A stretch of DNA of 64,000 nt from Macrostomum lignano (Eukaryota). This document shows, piece after piece, positions 1 to 40,197 of the stretch. The position numbers and the translations under genes were made by a program. Positions within the stretch are counted from its first letter, which is position 1. Each line of letters begins with the position of its first letter. The notes below the pieces were generated by a model, which was given only the letters and a program-made list of their open reading frames with translations, made no database searches and had not been told where the DNA came from. Where the stretch lies: assembly GCA_002269645.1 (NCBI GenBank), contig NIVC01000406.1, forward strand, positions 1-64,000. Reading direction: 5' to 3'.

Positions 1-46
1 ACCATATCACCAACTGTTGAGTTTAGGTTTTTAGAACTTTAGAGCG

Positions 47-356
47 CTCTGATGTGCCAGCGGTCCAGGCTCGATTCCAAGTGCAGTCACATTATTAATT
101 TGGGGCTAAATTGGAATCTTGGCTTGGCTCTGCTCGTGCCATTAACACCCTTGAGGGCCAACTCCTAAGGCACAGTGAAGTGTATATGCCTAAGGATATA
201 TAAAGTTGGAGGGCAGGCAGAGGTACACTCCTGTGTGAGTGTGTGTCTGTGCGTATGACTGCGTACGTTTCCGCGCGCTTGTGTGCCTGCTCAGGGGAGT
301 CGCGGAATGGGCAGTAGTGCCTTTTACCGGTTGTGTGACAATGTCGCTTAAAGTGC
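47..356 (+). repeat. Dispersed repeat copy A (about 310 bp), homologous to 9850-10164
   Basis: Shared blocks ctctgatgtgccagcgg, aatttggggct.aattggaatct.ggcttggctctgctcgtgc, gtgcgtatgactgcgtacgt, ccggttgtgtgacaatgtcgcttaaagtgc. Class unknown. Confidence 0.8.
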
Positions 357-1319
357 GCCACAATGTACACAGCCCCCTACCTGTCTCTAAAATATGTCTT
401 TTGCTTTGACGGTGAAATTACTTTGAAGTAATAAACAAAACTGTGGCTATTTAGTAGTAATACTCGTATATTTGTTTCTTACCTATTTAACCTCGTATGA
501 GTAATCTAATACTTAAGTTTAACTCCTATTGTCCTTGTAGATCATAGACATTGTGTCTGTTTATTCCTCAGTTGCATTAGGTAACTGTTGGTACTGCATT
601 AATCTGAGTCTGAATCTCAACCGAACATGTATAGTCATTTTTTAGTTTTTAATAGTTTTATTACACATAAATGAAATGGAGAATTCAGATCAACATTGAT
701 AGTTGTGCCTGCCTTCTCTCCCAACGCTAAGTCGGACAGAGATTCCCAGTTTTGACACATTTGTTTGCTGGGACAGATTACATAGATTGAAGGGTTAAAA
801 AATCGGACTAATTTGAATTCGGCCAACATTTTGGACTCAAATTCCGAATGACTGCGAGTGCTTTCAACGCGGCTGTAAAATGCAGATGGCTGTTGATAGG
901 ATCCTTCGGCTCACGAGTATCTTGCACATGGTTTTGAACCTGGTTTAGCGCTTTATATCACATATTTTATTGACGGCGGGTCTAAAAGTCTGTTCCCAGA
1001 ATTTCTACTCTCACAGCTAGAATTGATAAAGATAAGGTCAATGTTAATACTTTGGTTCTTAGTTGATTATTTTTTCTGAGAGGCACAAATGCTCAATCAT
1101 CCAAGTGGTGCCAATTTCCCAATTAAGACGCAACTTTAGAGACCACCACAATTTTGATAATTCACCTTTTAAACCCAATTTTACATCCACTATTACGCGT
1201 TTTAAAAGGCTTTTTAATGCGGTTATATTGGCTGTCACTTTTACTTTGGCTAATGCTCAGCCGACGTATGACGTCATTCGTAAGTAACTAATTTTGTGAA
1301 CACCAAAATTTGCTCACAG

Positions 1320-23150
<21,831 letters not shown>

Positions 23151-24241
23151 AGCCCCAAGGGATGAAGTGGAAAAGCATAAAAAACTAAAATGCGATCGTT
23201 ATCGAATTAACAAACAGTGGCTTTAGTTAGTTTTCACGACATGCTGTATTCTATACAATATGTTTTCGTAAACTATTTGGTTTACTACACTACTGTGAGT
23301 AGCTGGTTCGCGAATGGATATTCAATTTGCATACGATTAAAATGTCTTTATCCACTTTATATTTGCCTTTTTGGTCGACGCAGATTTACTAAATTCTTTG
23401 ATTTAAACAAACTCTGCACAATTGTGAAACACAGATACGTCACTTATTTATGTTATTGTCGCTTATTTTCAAAGTGAATATAATTTTCGCGTTTTTACTA
23501 TTTATAGTAGTAAGTTTACATGTACCTTGTAATTTTTACTGATTTCGCCACATAACATTATTTACGGATGTGTGATATTTCGCACCTTTCTATTAACTAC
23601 AATAATTTATTTAACTTTCTGCTGATTAACTGTGGCCTTCGTGACAACAAGTTATATTAGAGCAGCTTAATATTTAATCCTTTCCGTCTGCCTCAGGTTG
23701 TGCCTCCTCTTTTAGTGTCTTCTTAGTGTTTTTCCATGTTTTTAAGTCTATCGGGAAAACTAGATAGTTGAAAATTAATATTAGCACTACCTACTACAAG
23801 TAGATAATATGAAAGTAAGACACCCAGCATTACCAAAACATGCTATATACACCTGGAATGTTTTGATTTAGCAGCTTAAGTTACAATTTTGTCATTTCTA
23901 TCTTACTACTTTTTGACAATCTTTTGGATAGAAGTGAATTCAAACACAACACACTTATTAAATTAAATTTATACGGAATTGAATATTTTTTAATAAGTCT
24001 TTAGCAAAATCCTGTCAAGATTATATTTTGCTCGTGGTATAAACACGAAGGTGTTTAAAATATAGAAAAAAAGAGTGTTTGCCTTATTTTTTTATTTATA
24101 ATTAATGTTCCACTAACTAATATTTTAAGCAACTTTTATCAATAATGATCTTTGTCTTTATAAAATAAATTCTTTCTAGCAGGACAACTTTTGTTAAAAT
24201 ATTTCCTGCTTTGTTTTACCATGAAAAATGAGAAACTCGCC

Positions 24242-24727
24242 TTATTATTATTATTATTATTAAACAGACGCTGGCTCAGGGGTCAGCGAAGCACCGGCTG
24301 GTGGAAAACAGCTGAGTCCAGCCTAGCTGCAGACTAAAGGGTAAGGCCCAGAGCCTGCAAGTCAGTGAGAAAGGTGTCAGTCAGAGTGGTGCAGCGTGCC
24401 TGGCCCCGGTGGAGTCTCCCACAAGGCGGGCTGAGGCAGCAGGTCAGCGAGCGGCGGCCCAGTGCCCCGTGTGTGGGCCCGCAGGCAGTGGCCGATCAAC
24501 ATCTGGCGTCGCCTCTGCAAGGTGCGGCCCAGGCACGGCACGCGGGTCCAGGCCATCAGCTCAGCGTTGCTCACGCGCTTGGGGAACCGGATGCCCAGGG
24601 CATTGCGCAGGAGGTGGCGATGGCAGGCCTCCAAGCTCGCCTCACGAGTGGCAGTCATGGGGACGGCTTCCAGCCCGTAGGTCAGCACCGTCTCAACTGC
24701 CGAGCGGAAAGAGCCACCTTCAGGCAT
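24242..24727 (-). mobile_element. 5'-truncated RTE-clade non-LTR retrotransposon (post-RT C-terminus and 3' end)
   Basis: ORF 24377-24727 FRSAVETVLTYGLEA...LLRNALGIRFPKRVSNAELM...RRRQMLIGHCLR matches the RTE C-terminal pattern (ESVLLYG.E.W...RRL..AGH..R); (TAA)n tail at 24242-24262. Confidence 0.8.
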
Positions 24728-25146
24728 GTACTAAAAATTGACTCAAACATTGATTTGTGCTGTTTGTGCTCGATAGTCCGAGAAATCTTGGTATGCAATT
24801 TGATCTTAAAATGATAAAGTATATACTATAAGGTAAATCAATATTCTTGCATATTATTATATTATTTGCATTATTCATATTATCTTTATATTGTTTAAAT
24901 TGATAAATACGTTTCTAATAATATAAAAAGACATTTAAATACATATGCGGGGTCCTGGTAAACTTTTTGTTAAGTAGCAGTCGAGAATTACTATAAAAGT
25001 TGTGTATTTTTTTCTTCTCTACTAATAGTAGTACAATAAAGAACAAATGTTATTTAAAAGGCATATAAATTCATTCGAGGTTTGAGTCGGTGTAGAGTGG
25101 AGTAAACTTGGATAGTTACTTGGGGCAACTCATATTCGCTTCAATA

Positions 25147-30127
<4,981 letters not shown>

Positions 30128-30681
30128 TGCATTTGACGAACAAGTTTATTTAAAATATTCCGCAGAAATTTCCGAAGCGATTTATTTTGAAACACGCAGC
30201 ACATTTATAGCTGTTGTAGTGCCTGTCAGCCAACCAATGAGACTGAGGTTACCAACACGCATAGAAAAGCCTTCAGATCCCATTTTTTCATACTATACTA
30301 CTTCTAATAGGAGATTCATTTCACTACATGTACTGAAGAGTTCTAACAATCGTTTATTTTTTATCGTTTTTTTTCAACAGAAAACTCACATTCACGGTTT
30401 CGTTTAAACTGTGTACGAAAGTCGGCATGTAGCAATAACTCCGAGGAAAATGCTTGTTAATTTAATCTATATATTTCTAAGAGCTATATTGTAAATAGAA
30501 TATGTATTTATGAAAGGCAATCCATCTATCAGACTGCAATTTGCTGAACAAAAACATGGCATAATTGGATTATTATTCCAGCATGCATGTAAATGTTTCA
30601 ACAAAATCATCCATTAATCATTCACTACTTTACTAGTATCACAGATGACTTGCTCCGAGTCAGTTGATATGGCTCCATCAG

Positions 30682-30998
<317 letters not shown>

Positions 30999-31524
30999 GT
31001 GGGCAGGCAGATGGGCAAACAGCTTGGCCAGCAGATTCAGTACAAAAAGTCTATTTGCATACCGGTTGGAGCATTGTTGTTGCATGAAAGGATGCAGTCC
31101 AGGAACAAGTTAAACATGGATATTGAGTAAACAGTCACAGTCATTGGCAACTCATGATAATTAGCACGTGCAACCTATGACTCCCAACATGTAGCTGCAT
31201 TTTTACATTGATTCCTCCGTTGTGTCAACTTTGAATACTCGTAGCTTCGACCGGCCGTTTGGAAAACTGGGATGAACAATCCATCCAAGCATGTTTACTC
31301 AGCACACTGACAGAACTGGTCGTGTGAAATTTATAGGCTTCTTCCGGTACAAATACAGCCCTGAGCTGAGCAGGATTTGCTTCGGAAGCGATAAGTCCTA
31401 TTGTTTGTTATACACCAATCGGAACACGTGTAGCTTTGCTTAAATACACCTGTCGGCCTGTCACGTCTCGTTTTTGAGTACGTAATTTGTCGTAGGATTG
31501 ATTCTCAAGTGCTATCAATCCACA

Positions 31525-32485
31525 ATGTCGTCATCGTTGCTGTTGCTGCTTCTACTGTTTCTGCTGCATTGCCAGTCAGCTGGCACCAGCAACTGTCCGC
31601 CGCTGGGGCGTACGACTTTCAACTCGATGCCGTTGTGTCCGAAAACCGACGACGATACAACCCGGACTCGCGTCAAGTATGAGTCTAAACCGAGCTGCGT
31701 TTACCGGTGTGCCATCGATCAGGCCTGCTCAGCCGTGCACATCAGTGCCGAGCAGTCCAAATGCTTGCTGGCTACATCAGCTCAATGGCAGGACAACTGG
31801 TTGAACCAGCTCGAGGTGCAGCTCTCTGTTCAAGCGGCCAGCGGCTCCGCAGAAGAGCGGTCTTGCCGAAGGCTTAGTCGCGTGGTACAACTTTCGCTAT
31901 TCGCTGCTAAATCTGGCTGACGAGACCGTGCTGACGTCGAGCTTAACAATCGCGTCACAAAGGAACGTTTCTGGTGCAATTCTGAACTGTCGCAGTGGAA
32001 GCTGCATCCGCCTGTCGGTGCCAAACGGCGTGCAGAATATTGCGGGCCCGGCTGGTGAGTTCAGCTACTACGTGAAGGCGGAGCGAGACTACAAGTACAG
32101 CACTTACTATATGCGCGCTTCTTCTAGCTCAGCCGAATCGAGCGTTGAAGCTTTCCTAATGGAGTCGAACCGTAGAATTGTCTTTGGAAATGCCAAGGTC
32201 AGTGCTTACGGACAGGAAACTGGTCAAATCACTGATTCTGGAACCGCTACCGTGTCCATAGGTGTCACTTACGGAGTAGCTTTCAGTGCCTACTACAATG
32301 GAAGGCAACTTGTCGTTGGTAGCACTGGGACAAGGCTTCAATCTGTCCGTGCTGGAACCGACGTCCTTCTCGGATGCAAGCACAATGACGCATCGAAGAC
32401 TCTGAGTGGACGAATTCTGTGCTTTGGCCTCTGGAATAGAAGCTTGTCGATGAGTGATTTTGAAAATCTCGGCGGTGAATGCTGA
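31525..32485 (+). CDS. Intronless secreted protein: signal peptide + PAN/apple-like domain + ConA/LamG-like domain; one apparent frameshift at about 31804
   Basis: MSSSLLLLLLLFLLHCQSA signal; PAN-type SCVYRCAIDQACSAVH....SKCLL. The +1 frame opens right after 31804 and reads TSSRCSSLFKRP..GLVAWYNF....LSGRILCFGLWNRSLSMSDF (LamG-3-like N- and C-terminal motifs) to TGA at 32485. Removing one A from ttgaacc joins both frames into about 319 aa. Confidence 0.65.
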
Positions 32486-32999
32486 TGCATGCTGGTTGTC
32501 GATTCATCTTTAGCTTAACTTTCGGCGTTTGAGCGGCTTAACACTTTGCAGCGCTGCAGTTGTGTGTTTTTTCTTTCACGATTTTATTTATCCCTCTCGG
32601 ACTTTATTAGAAACCTTACTTTTTGGGACAAGTTTGGGATAGTGCAGACCGAATATTTTCTACAGCACTGAGAATATGGATCTCAGAGTTTGAACCTACT
32701 CTATCTCATGTGACACCATTGATTGTGTTACATCGTGACCACAGCTCCTACAATAAGAACGCAAGATGGGTCAACTCAAATGTCTGTTTTGCCTCACGAT
32801 TGTTCCACTAGCCTGACAACAGTTGTTTCTATGCCTCAAATTGATGCGATACATGAACTTCATGTATTTTATTGACGTTGAAATTTGCTAAAACAACTTG
32901 ATTCAATGTTGATAGTTCTTATTTTTACTACATGGATGGTTAAACATGGTTTCTATGAGACATTGCTGCTGAAATTTGGCATAATTTGTGCTGATTTCT

Positions 33000-33328
33000 A
33001 TGGCCGAAGTACAAAACTTGCTTGCCTTTACCGCTCGGACTTACAACTGAGGGGGGTTCGATTCTCGACCCACTCAGAACAATTTGTGTCCTTGAGCTCA
33101 AGACACTTAACTCTGCATTGCTTCAGTTCACCCAGCTGTAAAATGGGTGCCAGCATTAGCTGGGATAATTGAAGGTGTGTGTGGCGACCCCCAAGTCCTT
33201 GGACTAAACAGCCGTACGCAGCGAGTTTTCAGATTCGCTGCGCGATAGCTGCGGCTGAGCTGTTGGTTGCATATCATCCCATTAGGACAGGTGTACTCAA
33301 TTACATGTATGTATTATTATTATTATTT
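33000..33328 (+). mobile_element. tRNA-derived CORE-type SINE
   Basis: A-box-like tggccgaagt, B-box-like ggttcgattc (about 33054), CORE-like 33086-33147, (TTA)n tail near 33313-33327; colinear with 15851-16060 (-). Confidence 0.75.
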
Positions 33329-33688
33329 CAAGCGCCACACAGATCCATGGCAGGCAGAAATTGAAATGAGCTGTTTTTTCAGAGCTTTGCAATTGTCTTT
33401 GCTATTGATCGAGAAATTCATTCTTTTCACGGAGCTGCTCAAAGGCTTGCTAAGATTAAACATAATGCATTCAAAAGCCAATCATCTTTAAACAGAAACG
33501 ACCTGGTTTTTAATTTTAACAAGATGTTTTTCTCGTCATATTGCTTAAAATTGGCATGTTAAAAATGCAAAATAAATTTTCGCAATTGCCTCCGGTTTCT
33601 ATAAGAATATTTTCCTTTTGCAAATAGGGTGCGCCCTCAGCCCCAGTCGACGTCCCAGCCCCGGTTCTCGGCCATTTATTACATGTAG

Positions 33689-33834
33689 GTTCAGCGTCAT
33701 GTCGCCGCCCCGTACTCGGCCTCCGAGTCCCGAACCAGCGCTTCGTCCATGTACACATCGACCTGCTGGGGCCATTGCCGCCTTCGCAAGATATTTGACC
33801 TATTCACCAGATGGGCGGAGGCAATCCCAACGGT
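33689..33834 (+). mobile_element. Gypsy-type LTR retrotransposon integrase relic
   Basis: Frameshifted peptides VQRHVAAP / RFVHVHIDLLGPLPPSQ / DLFTRWAEAIPT match the rve integrase N-terminal motifs (KVQRH, HIDLVGPLP, DRFTRWPEAIP). Confidence 0.75.
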
Positions 33835-34114
33835 CGACACCTGCATGTATCACATGTACTTTATAACTCCGCATGCAGTACTGTACGTCCCTGCACCTGC
33901 TGCCTTTAATTGTGAGGACCCAGTGGATCGCCAGGTTCGGCGTGCAGAACTACATGTACATCACTTTGGACTGCACCTCCCTGCAGTTCACAGCAAGCTT
34001 TGGTCTAACTTAACGTCTGATGACTTCACGCCACTGTCTGCGCACCTCCATGTGTGCTTAATTATAATGCTCCCATGCATAACTGTGCCACCTACACATG
34101 TAGCTGCTTAGCGT

Positions 34115-34335
34115 TATGACATTTCGGGTTTGTGATATTTTCTCAATCGGGTTTATGATGGGCGTTGCTAACACTTTCGGAGTTATGATATTTCGGGTTT
34201 GTGATATTTTCTCAATCGGGTTTATGATGGGCGTTGCTAACACTTTCGGAGTTATGATATTTCGGGTTTGTGATATTTTCTCAATCGGGTTTATGATGGG
34301 CGTTGCTAACACTTTCGGAGTTATGATATTTTGGG
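34115..34335. repeat. 69-bp tandem repeat, 3 copies plus partial
   Basis: Unit tttcgggtttgtgatattttctcaatcgggtttatgatgggcgttgctaacactttcggagttatgata. Confidence 0.9.
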
Positions 34336-34389
34336 TTCATGATGGGCAATGCTATTTTAGTTTTCGGAGTTGTAACTTTTCGGGGTGAT

Positions 34390-36218
34390 TGATGAGGACG
34401 CACTTTTTCCCAAATTCCACGCTAGCACATGGGCTCTAAACTTACTAGCCTACTAACAGTGGGCAATGGGCATTTTTATCCTTTTTCTGCGAATTTTCAT
34501 AGAATCTATACTAGATATAATGTCTGGCCATACTAGTAGTCATAATAACAGGCGAAGCTTTTTGGGTCATAAATCATCGCTTTCGAAGCTGGTCTGACAG
34601 CCACCTGCGCCTCACTCAGTGTTGAGGCGGGCGCCAGATGGTCTGAGGGGATGCGGGCGGTAGCTTTTTTCTCATCATTTTGACAGGCCATCAAGATTTA
34701 TGAGGTCAGAGCCTATTGTTCGTGTTCACTCAAGCGTGTGACAGCTTTGACAGCTATGCGTTTTACCTCTAAAAGTACTTTGGGATTAGCGATTAGCGAT
34801 TTCTCTTCATTATCTTCACTTTCTATTTAATAAGAGCTTTTTAATGTATATTTTTTCATTAACTTTTGTCAATTCTACGCGAAAAGTCATAAATCATTTT
34901 GTTGCGATTTTGATTGATTTATGGCCGCACCTGTCATGTTTTTACGACCCTGTGGGAACTGATAGGATCTCCCGGTCACGTGATTCTGGGTGGCAACAAG
35001 CTTAGCCAATCAGAAAATTCGACGCTCATTTTCGGCTCAGCCAATCAGAATTGACGTGTCCCATTATAACAAACTGCGGTCCAGTTGGCGGCTATTTAAA
35101 CCGGTGTTTTTCGCGCCGAGCGCCGATATCGATACGCGTATCGATCACCTAGTGATCGGGGCGCCATGCAGCCAATGAGAGGCGAGGAGGGTTGACACCC
35201 ACCCCACCTCCAAAATCAACGGATTTTGGTGTCCATGTAGTGAGGCTACCTAGACTTGCTTGATTGGGTGATTCCTTATCTGTCCCCTGTTTCAGTAGCT
35301 GGATTAGGCGCACACTTTTGCTCATTTTGTTCAGTAGTGCTGCTACTGAGGCAGAAGTCATTCGATAATACTGCTAGTAGTCTAAAGCTCCAATTCAATC
35401 TGAAGTGTGAAGTGATCTAAGGAGAATGTTAAATCTAACAGTTATTTTTTATCGGTTTTATTTCTTTGTTCGCCGATGGCTCAGATGAGCGGCTAAGCTA
35501 GTAGGCGCCGGTCACAGTGGACCAATGGCAAGGCAGTTCTCAGTCGATCAATCTAACAAATCAGTTAGCGAAACTGCCAGTAGTGCAGAATCGGCGCCAG
35601 AGATGTACTTTGTGCACTCTAGGTTAGCCAAGCGGCTCGGGTGATGAATCATGCGGTCTCTGATGTTCGAGTTAGCCTATCATCAGCGCTAGGAGAGGCT
35701 AGTTGGCGCGTTGAAGGCCAAAAGTACAATTCCTCGTATTTAGCAATGTAATAGTACATGTAGCTACCCCATAGACTCGCTACTGCAAGAATCCCCTGCA
35801 CAAGTCCCCTCTGTACCTGCATGGCCAATGCGATCTAGTCCCAGCAGTGTCCCTTATCATCGGCTATGACTTCGAGATTGACAGCAAAAAGACACTAGTT
35901 GGCAGGTAAGTGCAAAGCCCCTTCTAGTCGGAAGCCCGATTTCGAGAGTCCCGGTGTGGTGAGCCAGGACGTACGGGCTGGTGGCAGCGAGCTAGCTAAT
36001 CTGCGGATTAACTAATTTCTACCTTCAAAATCCTCCTTGCTTGTCTCTCGCTGTCCCTCTCTTAGCTATAGGACCTAGACTGCTCGCCACATGATCAAGC
36101 TACCATGGGGCTGACCATATCTGACAGGAGTGGGGGGCCAGGACTCTAATTGATTTATTTCTGAGACCTGAGGCCCGAAGGCTTCCCCACAAGGGGGCCG
36201 AAAGGCCGAAACCCATCA
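34390..36218 (+). mobile_element. Solo LTR (1829 bp), copy 1
   Basis: Starts TGATG, ends CATCA; 4-bp TSD TGAT at 34386-34389 and 36219-36222; colinear and highly similar to 60203-62207; internal E-box, CCAAT boxes and TATTTAAA. Strand inferred from these promoter motifs. Confidence 0.8.
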
Positions 36219-36647
36219 TGATGATGGCGACCCGACCCGGCGACCCCTAAACAGTCACACGCATACTATACTATACTTTTGGAAACCAATTGCAATGAAC
36301 CGCTTTAACCATGCATGGCGGTATCCTTGCATTTGGAGACCCACCACACAATAAATTGATGTGTACATTGTCGTCTGTTTAATTTTTCAAACTTTCGTAC
36401 TCGCAACATCGACTTCAATTTATGCTCCCAATTAATACCCCGAATTTTATTTAATTGGTTAATTTTGGTACTTCGAAAATTTTTTATAATACCCTGCAAA
36501 TAACTTTCAATTAAAATGACTGGTTGTTGAAAGCCTCTGGGACATTAATTGGTAGAGCTATTTAGAACGCAGCTTGTTATTAGATGATACATCCGCCGGC
36601 CTATCATACTAGTAAAAAGGGCAAACTTGCATTGCAATATATGCCAA

Positions 36648-36690
36648 TTTGTCCTGACGAAGAGCCTAGAGGCTCGAAACCGGTAGCCTA
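36648..36690 (+). ncRNA. Minimal type I hammerhead ribozyme (Penelope/retrozyme-like)
   Basis: CTGACGA (36654-60), stem II A-GAGCC-TAGA-GGCTC, GAAA (36676-79), palindromic mini stem III A-C-CG-G-T, cleavage triplet GTA (36683-85). Stem I is imperfect (gtc before CUGA versus gcc after the triplet). Confidence 0.6.
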
Positions 36691-36725
36691 TCTAAAAAAT
36701 ATTTTAACACGCTGTGACCTCTCTT

Positions 36726-36726
<1 letters not shown>

Positions 36727-36806
<80 letters not shown>
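36727..36806. repeat. (CT)n microsatellite
   Basis: Directly visible. Confidence 0.97.
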
Positions 36807-36809
<3 letters not shown>

Positions 36810-39800
36810 TATTTTCCTCTTGCGAGCCTCTAAGTACTGTTAGAATATGCATGCAGCGACGATTAGAATACGTTTCAGTACGATGTCCTTGTGTTATCTA
36901 GCTTCGCAGCGTCACGGCTAAAATTATGTCTAAAGTGATGTGATGGTTGATGGTTCCTAAAAAGAAGGAACGGTTAACGACGCCATTTTCAGTTTTAAAG
37001 AAACAACAGAACAGAATGCCACAAATTAGCTAATAAAATGCTTAAAAATTACTTTTGCTATATAACATTATTCAAGGCATTTAAATATTTTTACTGAAAA
37101 ATTGGTTAATTATATGATATTTAATGCCGGAATTTTCGAATCAGTGGCTCGGCCGGCCGTATGTATTTAAACTGGCAAGTGGCTTGACTGGATCAGGGTC
37201 GCAATGTTATGATCTCAGCCCTCGCAGTCCTCGCAGCCCTCGCATATCACCAAAACCACAGTATGTTCGTGCCTTGTGCAATATGCTACGGTTGGGCCTA
37301 GACTCAGCTCTGGAGAAAATCTTTTACACTTTTATGTACTATTTTAAATATGAAATCTGCTCGTAAAAATAGGCCATTGCTGTGTAAAGATAGCAATTAT
37401 TAAAGATTGATTGTTAATTACTAGGCCTAATTAACATCATCAAATAATTATTTGCTTTTTGTTTTGAATATAAATTATGACAATCTTAATTCTTAAGCCT
37501 AGGCCTACACAATTCTTGAAGTACCTGTTGTATTGACTTCTAATTCTAATGGCCTACTTTGATATGTAGGCCTATACTAAGCTAAGAGCCTGCCTAGTAT
37601 TAGTAAAACCTAGGCCTAGTTGACTCCATCTAGAGACCCCTTGTATATGCCAAAATTCTCAATGACAGAGGCCACCTCTTGACAATGGTTCCTCACTGGG
37701 TTTTAACTTTTTTGTGTCACTAATATTCCATAGCAAGGGGAAAGCCAAATTTGAGACAAACTTAAAACAAAGTCAAGCTCTCAATATAAATTAAATATAC
37801 ATAATATTAATAATATATTTAGGCCTTAACTTTGGGTGTGGGTCATTTTGTCTACTGTTAGTTTGTCTGCTCTCTGCTAGAGGTCCATGCTAGGGTAGGT
37901 AGGCAGGACTAGGCAGTTTATCTGCTAGCTTGTATTGTTTCCAATGAAAAAATACCTAGTAAAAAAGCAATAAAACATATCTTGGTATAAATAACAATAT
38001 TTGCTGCAAAACAGCATCTATTTTTTCATTTAGGCCTAGTGCTAGGCCCTACTTTTATTAAGAAGATAAATATTGATTTATCTTAAGGCCTAGGACTAGG
38101 TCTTGAATGTGCATTTTGATTTTAGTAGACATTTTGCATAAAGTAGGCCTTGGCCTTATGAAGTTCATATAGTTTCTCAATGAATTTCTTTTAGCATTAT
38201 ATATAGTAAATAAACTTATAGGCCTAATTAATATATTATAAAATCATATTTAAAATGAAAGCTAAATTATATAGGCCTAGTATCATCTTTTTAAATTGTT
38301 ATATAGCATGCCATAGTCTAGATCATGCTAGGGCCTAGGTGCACACGTGAATTAAAATTGTATAATTAGAAATGCATGCCAAAAAATTTTGAGTATATTA
38401 TTACACTCTCAAATCTATTCTGGTGTTGTGACATTGAATAACCTTTTTGAGTTGCATAGAAGACCTTTTTTGGCTAATAATTTGGTTGATTTTTTGCTTT
38501 TTTGCTTAAACTATTCACAGTAAAAAAGTGATACATACAAAGATCTGTTCAAATGCCTTATTATGAGATTTAAAAACTCGGAAGCTTGAAATTTATGCTT
38601 AAAAAAACTTTACCACTTATCTCTTACCACTTACCACTTGTTTTACCACTTAACAAGTAAATTTTCTACGTGATTCTATAAGGTGCATAGCTAGTATCCA
38701 TGCATACTATTTTTTACCAGTGATACACACCATGCAAGGCCAATGCAGGCCCAAATTTTTGGGCATATATTACGCAATCTAGAGTGTAGATAGCATGTAA
38801 ATAAACTATAACAATTTTTCCTTTTGCTTTAAATATTGGCAACCAAGCACGAATGAATTAGCCTAACTAATCAGATAATATTGTATGTAATATATAATAT
38901 AGTGCTATATTGGTACTATAAAGTTGATTATTAAATGGCAATAGCCAAGAAGAAATTGAAAAAATGTGCAAAGTGAGGCTACTCAGGCAGTTAAACATTT
39001 AACAAAGTTAAATAATAAGGCCTCCCTACACTGATTTTTTCTTAGAAGATCCAAACTGATTCTGGTTTTAGAATTGGTTAATATGAAAAAAGTCTGTTTA
39101 TGCCTTAAGTGCAATTTGCTATGGCTGGCCTAAACTTTTTTGAAGAAAATCTTTACACTGTCCATGTGCTATTTTTTTAATATGAATCTGCTTGCTTTTA
39201 AAAATATGCTTAGGCTATATAAAAATAATAATTAACAAAGATTGATTAGTAATTAAATTAATAATAGGTATAATTAATTAGGCCTAACTGCTAATATCAA
39301 AAAATAATTTTTTGCTTTATGAAGTATTTTTCCTGTAACAAATTATATATCAAAAGGGTATGGGAATTCTTGGCTATGCTTTTTATTGCTAAAATATCAA
39401 ACAATCTTTTAAATTAATTTTTTGTGTATGAAATATTTCATATTTTTAAATTTTTAGCTAAAATTACAGTACCAGAGATAAAAAATCTATCAGATGCAGA
39501 ATTATTATAAATTTTTGTTTGAGTATAAACTTATTTTTTTAATGTACCTTGTCTAACACACAAATATCTTGTCATTGGCAACCAATCATACATGCGCAAC
39601 TTCTGGCCAACCTGGCCGATCTGGCCACCGTAAATTGTGGTGGACCAGGAGTAAGTCGCAAAGATGCCCAGCCTAAAGAATAGACGTATTACTAATTAGA
39701 TGACGAGGCATTTAGCCCTTATAAGACAATCATAGCTACTCCTGCCGTTTACCCAAAAGGGTTAGGTTTCTTTTACAGGTTAGTCGCATTATTGGTCAAA

Positions 39801-39990
39801 AATTAAGTCGCATGGCCAGTGTAAATCAGGGGGGTTGCGCATGTATGCAACCAATTGTTTTCTAATTTTTTATATCTAACATGTAGTTTTATATCTGCAA
39901 GTTTGATTACATTAATTGTCTGATCGTTGCATGCAGTAGTATTCATTATTAATCTTTGCTATACAAACAGAGCAATACTTATTGAATTGA

Positions 39991-40197
<207 letters not shown>

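Noticed and set aside
35660-35690. CTGATGA on the minus strand within the LTR
   Set aside because: Followed by GAAC rather than GAAA with a poor stem II; it is part of a ctgatg/catcag inverted repeat.
36160-36218. Hammerhead-like GGCC-GAAA-GGCC-GAAAC at the LTR 3' end (also 62170-62207)
   Set aside because: No CUGANGA core at the required position and no stem III/UH site; treated as a simple GNRA hairpin.
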